The position numbers were made by a program, and so were the translations under genes. The notes under the pieces were generated by a model. The model worked only from the letters and a program-made list of their open reading frames with translations. It was not told where the DNA came from and did no database searches. 64,000 bases of DNA from Mobula birostris (lineage: Eukaryota), in NCBI RefSeq assembly GCF_030028105.1, contig NC_092396.1, forward strand, positions 27,593,474 through 27,657,473, written 5' to 3'. This document shows, piece after piece, positions 11,885-24,671 of the stretch. Numbering within the stretch: position 1 is the first letter of the stretch; every line of letters begins with the position of its first letter.

Positions 11885-13040
11885 AAAACAGAAAAAAAAA
11901 ACAGAAGATTACGGAAATATCCAGGACAGACAGCAACTGAGGACACAAACAGAGTTGCAATTTCATATCAATAATCTTTCATCAGAATTCGGAAAAGTTA
12001 GAAATCAAAGATGTTTTGAGTTGCATGGTGGTGAGAATGAAGGCAATATTTATAATAAGGAGATTAACTGACCAGCAGTAGTAGAGCAGCCAAGGCAGAG
12101 AAAGTGGGTCTCTTGTAGTTGACCTCTGAGGCACAGTGCTAACAAAGCAATGCTGGAACTATGCTGTATATTCTATATCTCTATAACTGGAAGATACAAA
12201 ACACTACAACTGCTTTAATGAAATAAAAGTTAATGTTGGTGTACCAAGCAGGCCAAACAACATTTGTAGAGAGAGAAAAGCAGAGTTGATATATGTTGAT
12301 GATCTTCTGTCATCAGAAGCAACTAGCTCTGATTCAAACAAGAAAAGTCGGCCGTTTGAATTCAATGTTTATTCTCGAGGCATGCCAGAATCCACATTCA
12401 ATGCATCATCCGTCTTCATTTCCTGCAACTGATAATGCAATGCCACCATGAGGCAACTGTCCCTCCCCTCTCACTTGAGCATTTCAAAATGTCTTAACCT
12501 TCTGCTATTCTGCTGTTCACCATCAACCGTTCACCTTGTTATGGTACCTCATCATGTAAGAGATATCCTTTTATTTCCTTTCCCAACATCTAGGAATCTC
12601 CAGCATAAGAAACATTACTTCACTCAGGTTGCTTCAATTTAGTGCATTTAATCTTCCACAATGGGAAAACCACAACATTTCATTCAACGATGAAGAACAA
12701 TCTTGATCTCCTAGCTGCCGCCTGACACTAAGTCTCCATTGCACATCCACTTTGATTTCCTTTGTCCTTGCCTTCTTACACAGGTAGAAAATAAACATTA
12801 AAAACACCAGAGCATCTTCCGACTTCTGTGACTAAAACGGCTTCACTACCATTCTTCAGCTGACACATATACCCGCCTCGGTCTCCACCTATGATATACA
12901 CTCTCCCATTTCCCTCTTCACCTCAATCTAAAACATGTTTAATTTCTAACTCTTCCAAACTCAGGTGATGAATAATTAATCTACACACCTGATGCCTGAC
13001 CTACTGAGTAATTCAAGCATTTTCTGCTTTTATTTCAGAC
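11885..13040. mobile_element. Old, highly decayed Penelope-like element cluster (two minus-strand terminal copies, then a plus-strand body and terminus)
   Basis: Hammerhead-like motifs on the minus strand at 11952-11990 and about 12281-12320; plus-strand tail gatgcctgacctactgagtaattcaagcattttctg at about 12990-13040. Confidence 0.45.
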
Positions 13041-14349
13041 TCTCTTTGGCGCTCACATAGGAATTGCTCTTAATGACAGTACATTTTAAATTATGCTGAA
13101 TTAGTTGTTTTCTTGTTGCTATACATAGTCATATAATTATGTTACACAAGAAAATGTATTGCTCATTATGATTACCAGTCTCTAGAAGCATTTCTGGACC
13201 AAAATTGTAACTTGTAAAAGAGCAGATGGTTCAGTGTTGGAGACAACGTCAAGTCACTTTCATTGCAACTCTGCTCCTGTATCCTATTTATGAATGGCCA
13301 GAACCAACATAGAAAAACTTCAGGCGTTGCCCTTTGGGTCATGGCTCAAAGGCACCACCTGTGGCTGTTTAAGCAACATGACTCATTCTGTAGTTGCAGT
13401 TTTTCATTCTATATTGTTCAATAGCGGAGATACAAGACTTGACAATATAGAGAAAACTTCACCTTGAATTCAGTACATTTTAAGCAGAGACATGGTTGGT
13501 GAAGATGATCAGATTATGCATCTCTTTTGACTGGCTATGATTGCTCTTCAAATTCTGTAGGCGCTCTAGCCAATAAGTTCACAGATAACCTCACAACAGA
13601 TGGGTGTACATGCCAAAAATACTAACTGACTACACAGCTGAAACTAGAATGTGTTGCAAAGCAGTTGAAGCATAAATGGCTGTGACAACATAAATTGAGC
13701 CACAGGTTCCCTCCCTCCACCCCCCCCCCCCCCACAAGGAGATTGTTCAGAATAATTTTTATTCAACGCCAACAGCTGAACATGAACTGGTATTTTCAAT
13801 TTCACCTTTATTGTTGCTCTTTTTCCAACTATAATAAAATTTGTTTAAGAATAGCTTTGTGGATTTATCTGTAGGTTTAAACATTTTATTCTGAATATGC
13901 CTTTGTTATATCAACAAAGACATAAATCATTTTCTGCTTACACTGTGTGCTTCTGTACTATTCATCTCTATATTTCTGATTTCTGAACATTATCACTCAC
14001 TTTAAGGTCCTCCTAGATATGAATTTCAAACTTACTATCCTGCATGCAAACTCATTTAAAATAATGAAAAACAAGCAATGAATTTCAAATACATTCAAAT
14101 GTTTCTACACTCAAATTCAATTAATTGTAACAGTCAATTACCACCTCTCTATTCAAGATCTTCATTTTCCCTCACACTGCATACCAAGTCTCCTTTCCCA
14201 TTAATCGTATATGTTGCAAAAAGTATAAGGCAAAACATACCATTAAAAAATTAGCTTGAAACATTTTTATTGAAAATTGCTTCAGAGTACTAACCCATAA
14301 AAAAATGAAAATGCTAGAAAAGCATTCAAACAAAATTAATGTTTTTGTA

Positions 14350-17302
14350 GTAAAAATAAATTATAAATTCTACCAATGGAACCTTTCACTAAAGGATTCA
14401 TATTCAAAATAGTATCCAAGAAATCAGATTCTTGCATATATGGAAACTTAGATAAGTATTTTTGTAAAAAATATCTAACCTGAAGATATTGCAGTAAGTG
14501 TGTCTGAGAGCGAGAATATTTGCTAATTAACTCTTCAAAAGTCATCAATCAACCATCACAAAATAAATCTACAAAAAAACAGATCCCCTTATTTCTCCAT
14601 AAGAGAAAAATGGGATTGATTATTGAAGGTTTAAATAGAAAATTTCGATATAAAGAGCTAGACAATTTAAATAGTTTAAAATTAAAAGAGTTGTGAAACT
14701 GAAACCAAATCCGTAAGGACTGTTTAATAACAGAGTAGAAATTTAAATTTGGAATCTTAGCAAGTTGTAAAGGTAATGGAGCTCCTAATAATGAAGTTAA
14801 ATGAAATTGTTTGATAGCTTTTAACTCCAAATCAATCCAAGCTGGTTTTTGGCTCTTGTCGAGCCAATATAGCCTAAAACATAATTGTCGAATATTAACA
14901 GCCCAATAATACAATTTTAAAATCGGTAGTGCAAGTCCACCATCTTTTTTAGATTTTTGCAAATGATACTTATTAATTCTTGGTTTTTTATTATTCCAAA
15001 TAAAGGACAAAATAATAGAATCAATTTGATCAAAATTTTTTTTCGTTAAAAAGATAGATATATTTTGAAAACTATATAAAAATCTAGGTAAAATCATCAT
15101 TTTCACGGCTTGAATACGACCTATTAAAGAAAGTGTAAGTGGGTTCCATCTAGAAAATAATTGTTTCATAGAGTCCATTAAAGGAACTACATTAGCTTTA
15201 TAAAGATCTTTATATTTTTAGTAATGATAATACCTAAATATTTAAAAGAATTCACAATTCTAAATGGAATATTGTTATATATAAAAACAGGAGCATTTAA
15301 CGGGAACAATTCACTTTTATTTAAATTAAGTTTATATCCTGAAATTTTCCAATATCATTTAATATTTCCAAAAGATTAGGAATAGATTCTTCAGGGTTCG
15401 AAATATAAACCAAAAGATCAACTGCATAAAGAGAAATCTTATGTATGGTCCCATTTATAGATACCATGAATATTTTTAGCTTCACGAAGTATTATAGCCA
15501 AAGGCTCCAATACAGGATTAAATAATAAAGGACTTAATGGACATTCCTGACTAGTACCTCCTGAGAGCGACAAAAAAAGGGGACCTGAAATTATTAATAA
15601 TAACAGTAGCAATAAGATTCTTATAGATCATTTGAATCCACTTATTAAAATTATTACCAAAGCCAAATTTTTCTAATACATTAAACAGATATGTCCATTC
15701 AACTCTGTCAAATGCCTTTTCTGCATCAAAAGAAATAACACATTGGGGTACCTCGGATAGTGATGAGTATATAATGTTCATCAATCTCCGAACATTGGAG
15801 AAAGAGTAATGGCCTTTAATAAAGCCTGTTTGATCCGTAGAGATGAGTTTAGTTAAAATATTTTCCAAACAGTTAGCCATTATCTTAGAAAGAATTTTTG
15901 CATCCACATTTAATAACGAAATAGGTCTATATGATGAACATTCAGTAGGATCTTTATCTTTCTTAAGAATTAAGGAAACAGAAACTTCATAAAAAGGAGG
16001 TAAATTACTCTTCTCAAAAGAATCATGAAATATTTCCAAAAGATATGGAGAAAGTATTTTAAAAAATTTTTTGTAAAATCCTACTGAGTAACCATCAAGT
16101 CCAGGAGCTTTACCTGATTGTATTGACAACATAGCTTTCTGAATTTCATGCTCAGTAACTGGAGCATCAAGGATCTGTTGATCTTCAACAGTAATTTGAG
16201 GAAATTTAATCTTATGTAAAAAAGCCTTAATTTTGGAGGAATCTGCAGGAAATTAAGATTTATAAAGATCAGAATAAAAATCCTCAAAAATATTATTAAT
16301 GTCTTCATGATTACTTACTATATCATGAAGATAACCTCTCACTAAAGATTAAACAAGATTGGGAGAGAGAACTTAATATGACCTTTGTTAATGAAGATTG
16401 GTTGCGAGTTCTGAAAATGGTCAGTTCTTCTTCGATATGTGCCAATCACTGTTTAATTCAATTTAAAATTGTTCACCGTTATTATTTAACAAAGAGACTA
16501 TCCAAAATATTTCCTAATATAGACAACTATTGTGATAGGTGTAAAACTGAAGTAGCTATTTTGTCACATATCTTTTGGTCATGTTCTTCATTAAAATCTT
16601 TTTGGAAATCTTTATTTTCTACAATTTCTAAAGCTCTGTAAATTAATTTACAACCTAATACATTGACTTCTCTATTTGGAATAGTTCCGCATCACATTCA
16701 GGGTATTTCATCTTCAGACCAACATGTAATTGCATTTGTTACATTGTTAGCAAGAAGGGCTATTTTATTGAAATGGAAAGATACCTCTGTCTCTACATTA
16801 ATTCAATGGTTTTCTCAAGTAATGTTATGTCTTAGTTTGGAAAAAATTTGAAGTAGAACTTTTGATACTCGATTTGATTTTGAAAGAAGATGGGGCTCTT
16901 TTGCCAAATATTATCATTTAATTTGAATTAATTTATATGGTTTCCTTCCAATCTTATTTTATATAAATGTGAATTGGCGGTTGACGATTTTTCTTCTTTA
17001 TATATATAGATGACTGTAAGACGTATTGCTCCAGGAGTTGGTTCCTAATGGGTTTTCCCCCCTCTTTCTTTCTTTTTACTTTCTCTTGTAGTTAGTGGGT
17101 TTTTTTTCTTTTAGTTAGTTAGGGTTCTCCTTTTTCCTTTTCTTTATAAAAAATATTTTTTTTCATTATCATATATTATTCTTTTTTGATAGTTTTTTTC
17201 TTCAGCTTTATTAACTGTACATATATCAATCAATTTGTTGAAGTCTTGTATCATTTTATAGCTGTAGAAGATTATGTATCAATAAAAAGATTTTAAAAAT
17301 GA
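14350..17302. mobile_element. L1-clade LINE, 5'-truncated with 5' inversion (14350-16323 minus, 16324-17302 plus), 12-bp TSD
   Basis: Minus strand: KAPGLDG, YRPISLLNVDAKIL, DQTGFI, DAEKAFDRVEW. Plus strand: CDRC...HIFWSC zinc-binding region, 3' UTR and AATAAA. TSD aatgtttttgta at 14338-14349 and 17303-17314. Confidence 0.93.
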
Positions 17303-17534
17303 AATGTTTTTGTATTCAGAATGTCAAAATATACACTTCCTTCAGAGACTCAAACTGATGTTCTGATTTTTTTGTGCAAACAATGTACATTTCACCTACA
17401 CTAGAGGCAAACTAGTAGCTTAAAAGACATTCTCATCTACTTTTTCCACAATTTGAAATTGATGACTTAGGAACAAGAAAAAGGAGGAGTAAGCCTGCTT
17501 CTTCATTTAATGAGTTCATTGCTGATCAGTATCC

Positions 17535-17962
17535 ATTGAGAGTTCTGCTGTCAGAACTCGGAGGCCAATGTTAGGTTGTCTTTAAAGAAGGTGAACCCTC
17601 GCAAGGTGGAAGGCCCCGAGGGAGTACCTGGTAAGGCTCTGAAAACTTGAGACAACCAACTGGCAGGAGTATTCAAGGACATTTTCAACTTCTCACTTCT
17701 ACGGGTGGAAGTTCCCACTTGCTTCAAAAAGACAATAATTATACCAGTGCCTACGAAGAATAAAGTGAGTTGCCTTAATGACTATCACCCTGTAGCACTC
17801 ACATCTACAGTGATGAAATGCTTTGAGAGGTTGGTCATGACTAGACTGAACTCCTGCCCCAACAAGGAACTGGACCCACTGAAATTTGCCTGTCGCTACA
17901 ACAGGTCAACGGCAGACGTAACCTCAATGGCTATTCACACAGCCTTAGGTCACCTGGACAAT
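17535..17962 (+). mobile_element. Rex1/Babar-like LINE internal RT fragment
   Basis: VPTCFKKTIIIPVP...[21 protein letters not shown]. Confidence 0.85.
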
Positions 17963-18054
17963 GATCCTGATTCTCATCCTGATCCAACCTTGGCCTCAAA
18001 ACTACTTTTCCACTTTCTCCCCAGACTTGCGCACTCCCTTATAGTTTAAGTAAT

Positions 18055-18187
18055 AAGCACAAGAGATTCTGCAGATCTGGAAATCCAGAGAACTGCACAC
18101 AAAAATGCTGGAGGTACTCGCAGGTCAAGTAGCATCTAAAGAAACAAACAGTTGGTGTTTTGGGCCGAGACCTTTCAGCAAGACTAG
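18055..18187 (-). mobile_element. Short Penelope-like terminal copy beginning at a degenerate hammerhead motif (18149-18186)
   Basis: The minus strand reads tagtc-ttgctga-aaggtctcggccc-aaaa-cac-c-aactg, followed by the family tail. Confidence 0.75.
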
Positions 18188-19389
18188 TACTTTAAATAAC
18201 TGTTAATTCTTTGAATATATTTGATTATGCACAATGCAGCTAATAGAGGTGCTACTTTAATGCACCAGAGACCTGGGTTCAATCTTGAACTATCCCACTA
18301 ATCACTCCAGTGAACACTGCCTGCATCACCATCAATGCAAGCTCTTCCTGCTTTAAGTATAGAGACTCAGAAGGATGCATTGGTTGGTTCTCATGATTGC
18401 TTTGTAAAGTTACATCATACCTCTCACAACAAAGGACAACATCTCCATATCCTTCCTAGTTATTTTCAGTACTTGCCCACTAACTTTCTGCGATTCATGT
18501 ACTTGGTACCCTATTTCATTTAAATAGTAACTTGTTTTTTTTCAATTTCTTTCCAAAGTGGATAACCTCTCACTTTCTCATATTTTGTTCCATCTGGCGA
18601 CTTCATCTTCCTCAGCTTCATCTACCATACATCTCCTTCCAGACTCTGGGCAATCCTCAATTTGTTAACTCACCTATCTTGCATAATCAGCAAATGCAGC
18701 TACAGCTCATTCAATCCCTTCGTCCAAGATTATAAATAGCTGAGGCCACATCTCTGACTGCCATTAGGAGTTAAAACAGAAGTTATCTATGCATGAGTCA
18801 CTGATGCAGCTCTGTACTTTCAAATGTTGTCAAGTGGAGTACATAGGGATGAATCCAATACTAGCTGGTTACTGTTTGATCAACAACACATTAGCATTTT
18901 AAACAGCTGAGCAGGAAATCAAACAGACAAGCGACTGCAACTTGCCAAAAAACTCAACATTTTAAAATCATCACAGCTTTTCAATTTAGCACCATTTTAA
19001 GTGTTACTTTTAATTAACAGTAAAGTCTGCTAAGCAATTATGTTGGCTGATTTTTACTGTATATGGCCAGACACAATAACTGAATGTACTAGTACAAATT
19101 ACAATATGGTAGCTTTACACACAGGCTAATTTAAAAGGACTATTCAGAGTCCAGAGAGCACAAGCAGCATAATACAGCACATCAGAATGCTGATTACCTT
19201 TGGCTTCACCATGAAAACCTCTCAAGAATGTAAGGGCATCTACTTTGATGCATAACATAGAAAATCAAGTGTGTTTTTTAAAATGGTGGCAGATTAGGGA
19301 ATGTTGATGTTAAGCACACAACTGGACTGAAAGCTAACATACAGGTGCAACAAGGAATGAGTTGCAATTGAATTTTGTTACAGAGTAAA

Positions 19390-19582
19390 GAGGTCGCCAG
19401 CCGCACCAGACTTTGAGGCAAGAGGTATAGGGTCCAAATCCAGTCGGCTCCTTACGCGCTTTCCATCTGTGCTGGGTCGAGTGTTGAGCTAGTAACTTGG
19501 CCTCATAAAAAAAAACAAAGATGCGAAAGAAACGGACAAGGTTGCCACCCGATGCGTCACATGGTGCAGAAAGGAACAACAG
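19390..19582 (+). mobile_element. tRNA-derived SINE, second copy of the 21584 family, 5'-decayed
   Basis: Shares gactttgagg...caaatcc.gtcg.ctcctt...ctttccatc.gtgctgggt.gag with 21584-21770. Confidence 0.75.
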
Positions 19583-19821
19583 TAAAGAGGTTACGACATT
19601 ATAAGCCATTAGTGAGACAGAACCTGCGAGCATTTTGTAGAGTTTTAGTCAGCTTTCTTTTTAAAAAAAGTATGCATTTATTATAGGAGTGGAGCAAAGG
19701 TCTTCCTAGACAGAATCCAGGGATGGTGGGATTACTGGATGAGGAGAATGCACATATACTAATCCTGTATTTAAGAGTTTAGAAAACAGGGTAGATGCAG
19801 GGAGGTTCTTCCCCAGCGTAG

Positions 19822-19964
19822 NNNNNNNNNNNNNNNNNNNNNNNNNNNNNNNNNNNNNNNNNNNNNNNNNNNNNNNNNNNNNNNNNNNNNNNNNNNNNNN
19901 NNNNNNNNNNNNNNNNNNNNNNNNNNNNNNNNNNNNNNNNNNNNNNNNNNNNNNNNNNNNNNNN
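19822..19964. other. Assembly gap (143 N)
   Basis: Run of n characters. Confidence 1.
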
Positions 19965-20319
19965 ATTGGCAGAAGTCTGGTTTCTGTGATAGTGGGGGAA
20001 TTGCAAAAGGATAACGAGATGGATCACCATCTCAGCACTTCTAGGTGAACATGGATATGAATGCTTTAATCTTGTCTCTGCCACTGCCAGTCTTGAGAAT
20101 TTGTTAGTGTTGAAATGTCCACCACCAAGCGTAACTAGATGAGGCAGGTCTTTAGAGCTTTGATGTAATCTTTGGCAATGGGATTACTAGTTGTAATTCC
20201 ATACTTTTTGCCGTTTAGCATTCATGCTGCAACATCACCAGGTCAACACCTCATTGTTAAGTGTGCTTGGAGCTGCTCCTGGCATGCCCTTCTGAACTCC
20301 TCAAAGAACCCATTAAATT

Positions 20320-20550
20320 GTTGATGAGTCACTGCACCAGAACATCAGAGATGATTCCCATGTCTCCTTTTGAAAAGGATGATGAGATATTTTATACCTG
20401 AGAATTCAGATTGTGTCTCAGGTCAATGTCTCATCCTAAAGATGTGCAGCACTCTTCAGTGACTCGGTGTAGAGTTAACCTAAATTTTATTGCTCAAGTC
20501 TCTGGTGTGGAACTTGAATCTACAGCCTTCTAACTGAGCAAGAGCCCTAC
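20320..20550 (-). mobile_element. Decayed DeuSINE/SacSINE1-like SINE, head region
   Basis: gtgcagcactcttcagt...tgctcaagtctctggtgtggaacttgaatctacagccttctaactgag resembles the recalled elasmobranch DeuSINE head and the copy at 56500-56585. Confidence 0.55.
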
Positions 20551-21583
20551 ATCATGGTTACACTGCACTGTTGTTCGTTTTAATAAAGGATACAATAGCA
20601 AGAAAATCTGATTGTTCTATTAGTTTCAACAATCTTCAATAACTTTATGTGCAGCCAGAATTTAATTACATCAATCTCAAAGAACATTGTAGTAAGCTGT
20701 GAACATCAAAATGAAATGACAAGAAAAAGAGATTAAAAGTGTTTTACACTTAGGAAGCAGCTTTTATTAGATAATAAATTGAAGCCATTATCCTGAAGTT
20801 CCAAAAGCAGAAAGAGCTTTTCCTTATCCACAGAGAGTTAGTTCACAGGTAGCAATTAGGCTCAAATGTCTTTGTTCTAGTTTGGATTATTTCTGTGCAT
20901 TAGCCAAGACATTTATCAATCACTCAAGTCTTAAATATAATGGTTGAAACACAAACTATTTAAACCCTCTTTCCTTCATATTGCCTCAAAACTACTTCAT
21001 AGACAAATTGTTTCAGGCAGCTTCACGTATGAGGAAAAAAGCCAAGACAGTAAAATATAAAGGAATTTACTTCCAAATTTTTAAATGAACTAGCATGGTA
21101 TGTTCTTTCCATGACAACACCTAAGTTTGTATTGGTTGGCCTGTCTCATCTAATAACTTTTCTATAGCCTATGTGCTTAAATAGGCCTGCTCACTTGCTT
21201 ATACATTTGTCGTTCCATCATAACAATGAAATTCAAGGCCGGTTTAATCTCTGCTCATTGAAAACCAAAAGCAAATCTCAACAATATATTGTGTACTAAC
21301 GGCCTGTCATTTGTCCTGCTTTCTGAGAATGACATAGAACATTTCCAGAACATCTTTGCCTATGGTGTATCCTTTCTTGGGCTCTGCTGCCATAAAAAGT
21401 ACGCATCTGATGGAAAAATTCAGTCATCTCTCACAACAGAAATAAAAATGAAAAGTAGCCAGTCAAGCAATGTTAAGTCACTCGGCTATCTCAGGAACAT
21501 AATTACCATTGATACCAGAACTGACAAAAAACTGTTTTGCCAGTTTTGCCAGTATGCATAAAGTCAGCTCTTTAATATTCTCT

Positions 21584-21770
21584 AGCCGGCCGGTGGCGTA
21601 GCGGCATCCAGACTGGACTTTGAGGTGAGTAGTCCCGGGTTCAAATCCGGTCGACTCCTTGCATGCTTTCCATCCGTGCTGGGTTGAGCATTGAGCGTGC
21701 AGCTCAGCCTCGTAAACAACAGACAAAATGCAAAAGAAGTGGCGAGTTTGTCAGCCGAGGAACCACAAGG
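21584..21770 (+). mobile_element. tRNA-derived SINE with intact Pol III box A (TGGCGTAGCGG) and box B (GGTTCAAATCC)
   Basis: Both boxes are visible; a non-tRNA body follows; a second copy lies at 19390. Confidence 0.8.
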
Positions 21771-21844
21771 TTGCCACCTGTGCTCTGAAATACGAAAGAA
21801 AACTAGTCGATAATATAAATTTAGGATACTAGAAGTTTTTTCAG

Positions 21845-23637
21845 TTATATAAAGAATAAAAGGGAGGTGAGAGTTGATATTGGACCACTGGAAAATGATG
21901 CTGGTGAGAATATAATGGGGTAAAAGAAATGGCAGATGAATTTAATGGGTACTTTGCATTTGTCTTCACTGTGGAAGACACTAGCAGAGTGCCAAGAAGC
22001 AGGAGTGAGTACCACTGTTATTACAAAGGAAAAAGTGTGAGGCAAACTCAAAAGTCTTAAAGTGGATAAATCACTTGGACCAGATGGACTACATCCCAGA
22101 GTCCTAAGAGAAGTTACAGAAGAAATAACAGATGCATTGGTCACGAGCTTTCAAGAGTCACTTGGTTCTGGCATAGCCCCAGAGGACTGTAAAATTGCAA
22201 ATGTCAATCCACTCCTTAAGAAGGAAGGAAGACAAAAGAAGAAATTATAGGCCAGTTAGCCTAACCTCAGTGGTTGGGAAAGTGTTGGAGTCTATTATTA
22301 AGGACAAGGTTTTGTGGTATTTGGAGACTAATGATAAAATAAATCAAAGTCAGCATTGTTTCTGTAAAGGGAACTCTTGCTTGGGATCTATTAGAATTCT
22401 TTCAGGAAGTAACAAGCAGGGTGGACAAAGGAGAGGCAGTGGATGTCATTTACTTAGATTTTCAGAAGGCATTTGATAAGGTGCCTCACATGAGGCTGCT
22501 TAATAAGATAAAATCCTATGGCGTTAAGGGAAATATACTGGCATGGATAAAGGAATAGCTGACAGGCAGGAGGCAGCGAGTGGGAATAAGGGGAGCTTTT
22601 TCTAGTTGGCTGCCAGTGAATAGTGGTGTTCTTCAGGGTTCAGTGTTGGGGCCGCTACTTTTCACATTGTCGTTAATAATTTAGATAGTGGAATTGATAA
22701 TTTTGTGGTAAAGTTTGTGGGTGATATGAAGGTAGGTGGAGGAGTAGATAGTGCTGAGGAAGCAATGTGATTGCAGCAGGACTTAGACAAATTGGAAGTA
22801 TGGGCAAAAAAGTGACGGATGGAATATATTGTTAGGAAATGTATGATAATGCATTTTTGTAAAAGGAACAATAGTGTGGACTATTATCCAACTGGGGAGA
22901 AGGTTCAAACATCAGAGGTGCAGCGGGACTTGGAAGTCCTCATGTAAAACTCCCAAAATGTTAATTTACAGGTTGAGTCTGTGGTAAAGAAGTCAAGTGC
23001 AACAATGGCATTAATTTCAAGGGAATAGAATATAAAAGCAAGGAGATAATGCTGAGCCTTTATAACACACTAGACAGCCACACTTGGGAGTATTGTCAAC
23101 AGTTTTGGGCCCCTTATCTCAGAAAGGATGTGTTGTCATTGGAGAGAGTACAGAGGAGGTTCACGAGGATGATTCCAGGGATGAAGGAGTTAATATATGA
23201 GGAGTATTTGACAGTTTTGGATCTGTACTCACTGGAATTTAGAAGAATATGTGGGGATCTCATTGAAACCTACTGAATGTTGGAAGGACTAGATAAGGTG
23301 GATGAGGAGAGGCTGTTTCCTCTGGTGGGTGCATTCAAAACTAGAGGAAACAGCCTCAAAATTGAGGGGCGACCTTTTAGAACGGCAGTAAAGAGGAATT
23401 TTTTTTTAGCCAAAGAATGGTGAATCTGCGGAATGCTCTGCCACAACTGTGATGGAGGCCAAGTCCATCGGTATATTTAAAACGGAAGTTGATCAATTCC
23501 TGATTGGTCGGGGCATCAAGGGATACGATGAGAGGGCAGGTGCATGGGGTTGAATGGGATCCAGGATCAGCCATAATGAAAGGGTGAATGGACTTGATAG
23601 GCTGAATGGCCTAATTCTGCTCCTATGTCTTTTGGCT
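21845..23637 (+). mobile_element. CR1/HER1-like LINE, 5'-truncated, decayed ORF2
   Basis: GPDGLHPRVLREV, NYRPVSLTSVVGKVLE, LERVQRRFTRMIPGM; CR1 tail at about 23610-23637. Confidence 0.92.
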
Positions 23638-23751
23638 CAGGCATGGAAAGAAGCAAGAACTTTAGCATTCTCTATATAAAAAGGTAAAAACAAGAAATGT
23701 GGATGGGAAAATTTTAAATGCCTACAATATATACAAAATACCGATCTCACA

Positions 23752-24468
23752 TGTGAGGGGTTTCTTCTTTTATGTTACTGTGAAGACTAACAAAATGGCT
23801 TCTTTGTTATGTTATAATAAAAATGGCTTTTCTGTAATAATAACTGCGATGTAAGGAGTTCTCTCTCTCTCTCTGCTTGTTTGGATTATATTATTGATAA
23901 GAGAGGGAACGAACCAACTGGGATAGATGTTATTCTTTCTTGTGTGTCTGTAAGCTATTGTTTTTCGCAGGCTTTGGGGCAGAAGGCACAATGGGGACAG
24001 GGAGATGAGATGCGATGCTGTAAGCTGGGCGGCGAAACGGACCCTGAGCGGGAGTCCAAGGCCCAGGGTCCTCGGCGAGGTAAGGAGACGAAGACAGACT
24101 CGTGTGGAGCGTCTAGTCGACCACCGTGGATGGTCTCAGGTGGCGGGTCGAGGAGGCTGGAGGGGATTGAATGGTGGAAAGAAGACTCCGTTAATTGAGC
24201 TCCAACTGTGTGCACGGTGGTTGAACTTTGATAAGTTTGGCGCCTTTTACTTTCCTTTTATATTTTATCTCCATTAATTACTTAGTTCCAGCAATATCTA
24301 TGAAGAGTAATCACTTAATCGCATATGGTGTATTGTCTGTTATTTGGCGGGGTGGGGTACATCACACAGCATCCACGCAAACTTGATTACCTAGTTTGGC
24401 AGGGCCGAAGGCTGCTCCCCCTAGATGGAAGCGAGTTGAGAGAGCCTGAGGCTTACCAGGGGGCTACA
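23752..24468. mobile_element. Solo LTR (717 bp, TGT...ACA, 4-bp TSD CACA; Gypsy- or ERV-type)
   Basis: caca|tgtgagggg ... gggctaca|caca; CpG-rich; no internal coding region. Confidence 0.8.
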
Positions 24469-24671
24469 CACAGAATAGTAGTAATGTCTAACCTCTGATA
24501 ATTATCAGATATCTGCTCTCTTTATTGTCATTATATGTACAACCTTAACTGTCTGAAAATACTTGAAATGCCTGATTCTGCTTCAGCTCCGCTGAGGGGT
24601 TATCAATATGAAGCGTTAACTCTAATTTTATTCCCAAAGATACAGCTGCGTATTTCCAGCATCCACAGTTT

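Noticed and set aside
13331-13352. Near-palindrome cctttgggtcatggctcaaagg as a structured RNA
   Set aside because: Only a 9-bp stem with G-U pairs, too short for a miRNA or snoRNA, and compatible with chance.
19779-20084. 101-aa ORF
   Set aside because: It spans the N gap and is an artefact.
21584-21660. tRNA gene
   Set aside because: The anticodon stem does not pair, a long non-tRNA body follows, and a second dispersed copy exists, so it is a SINE head.
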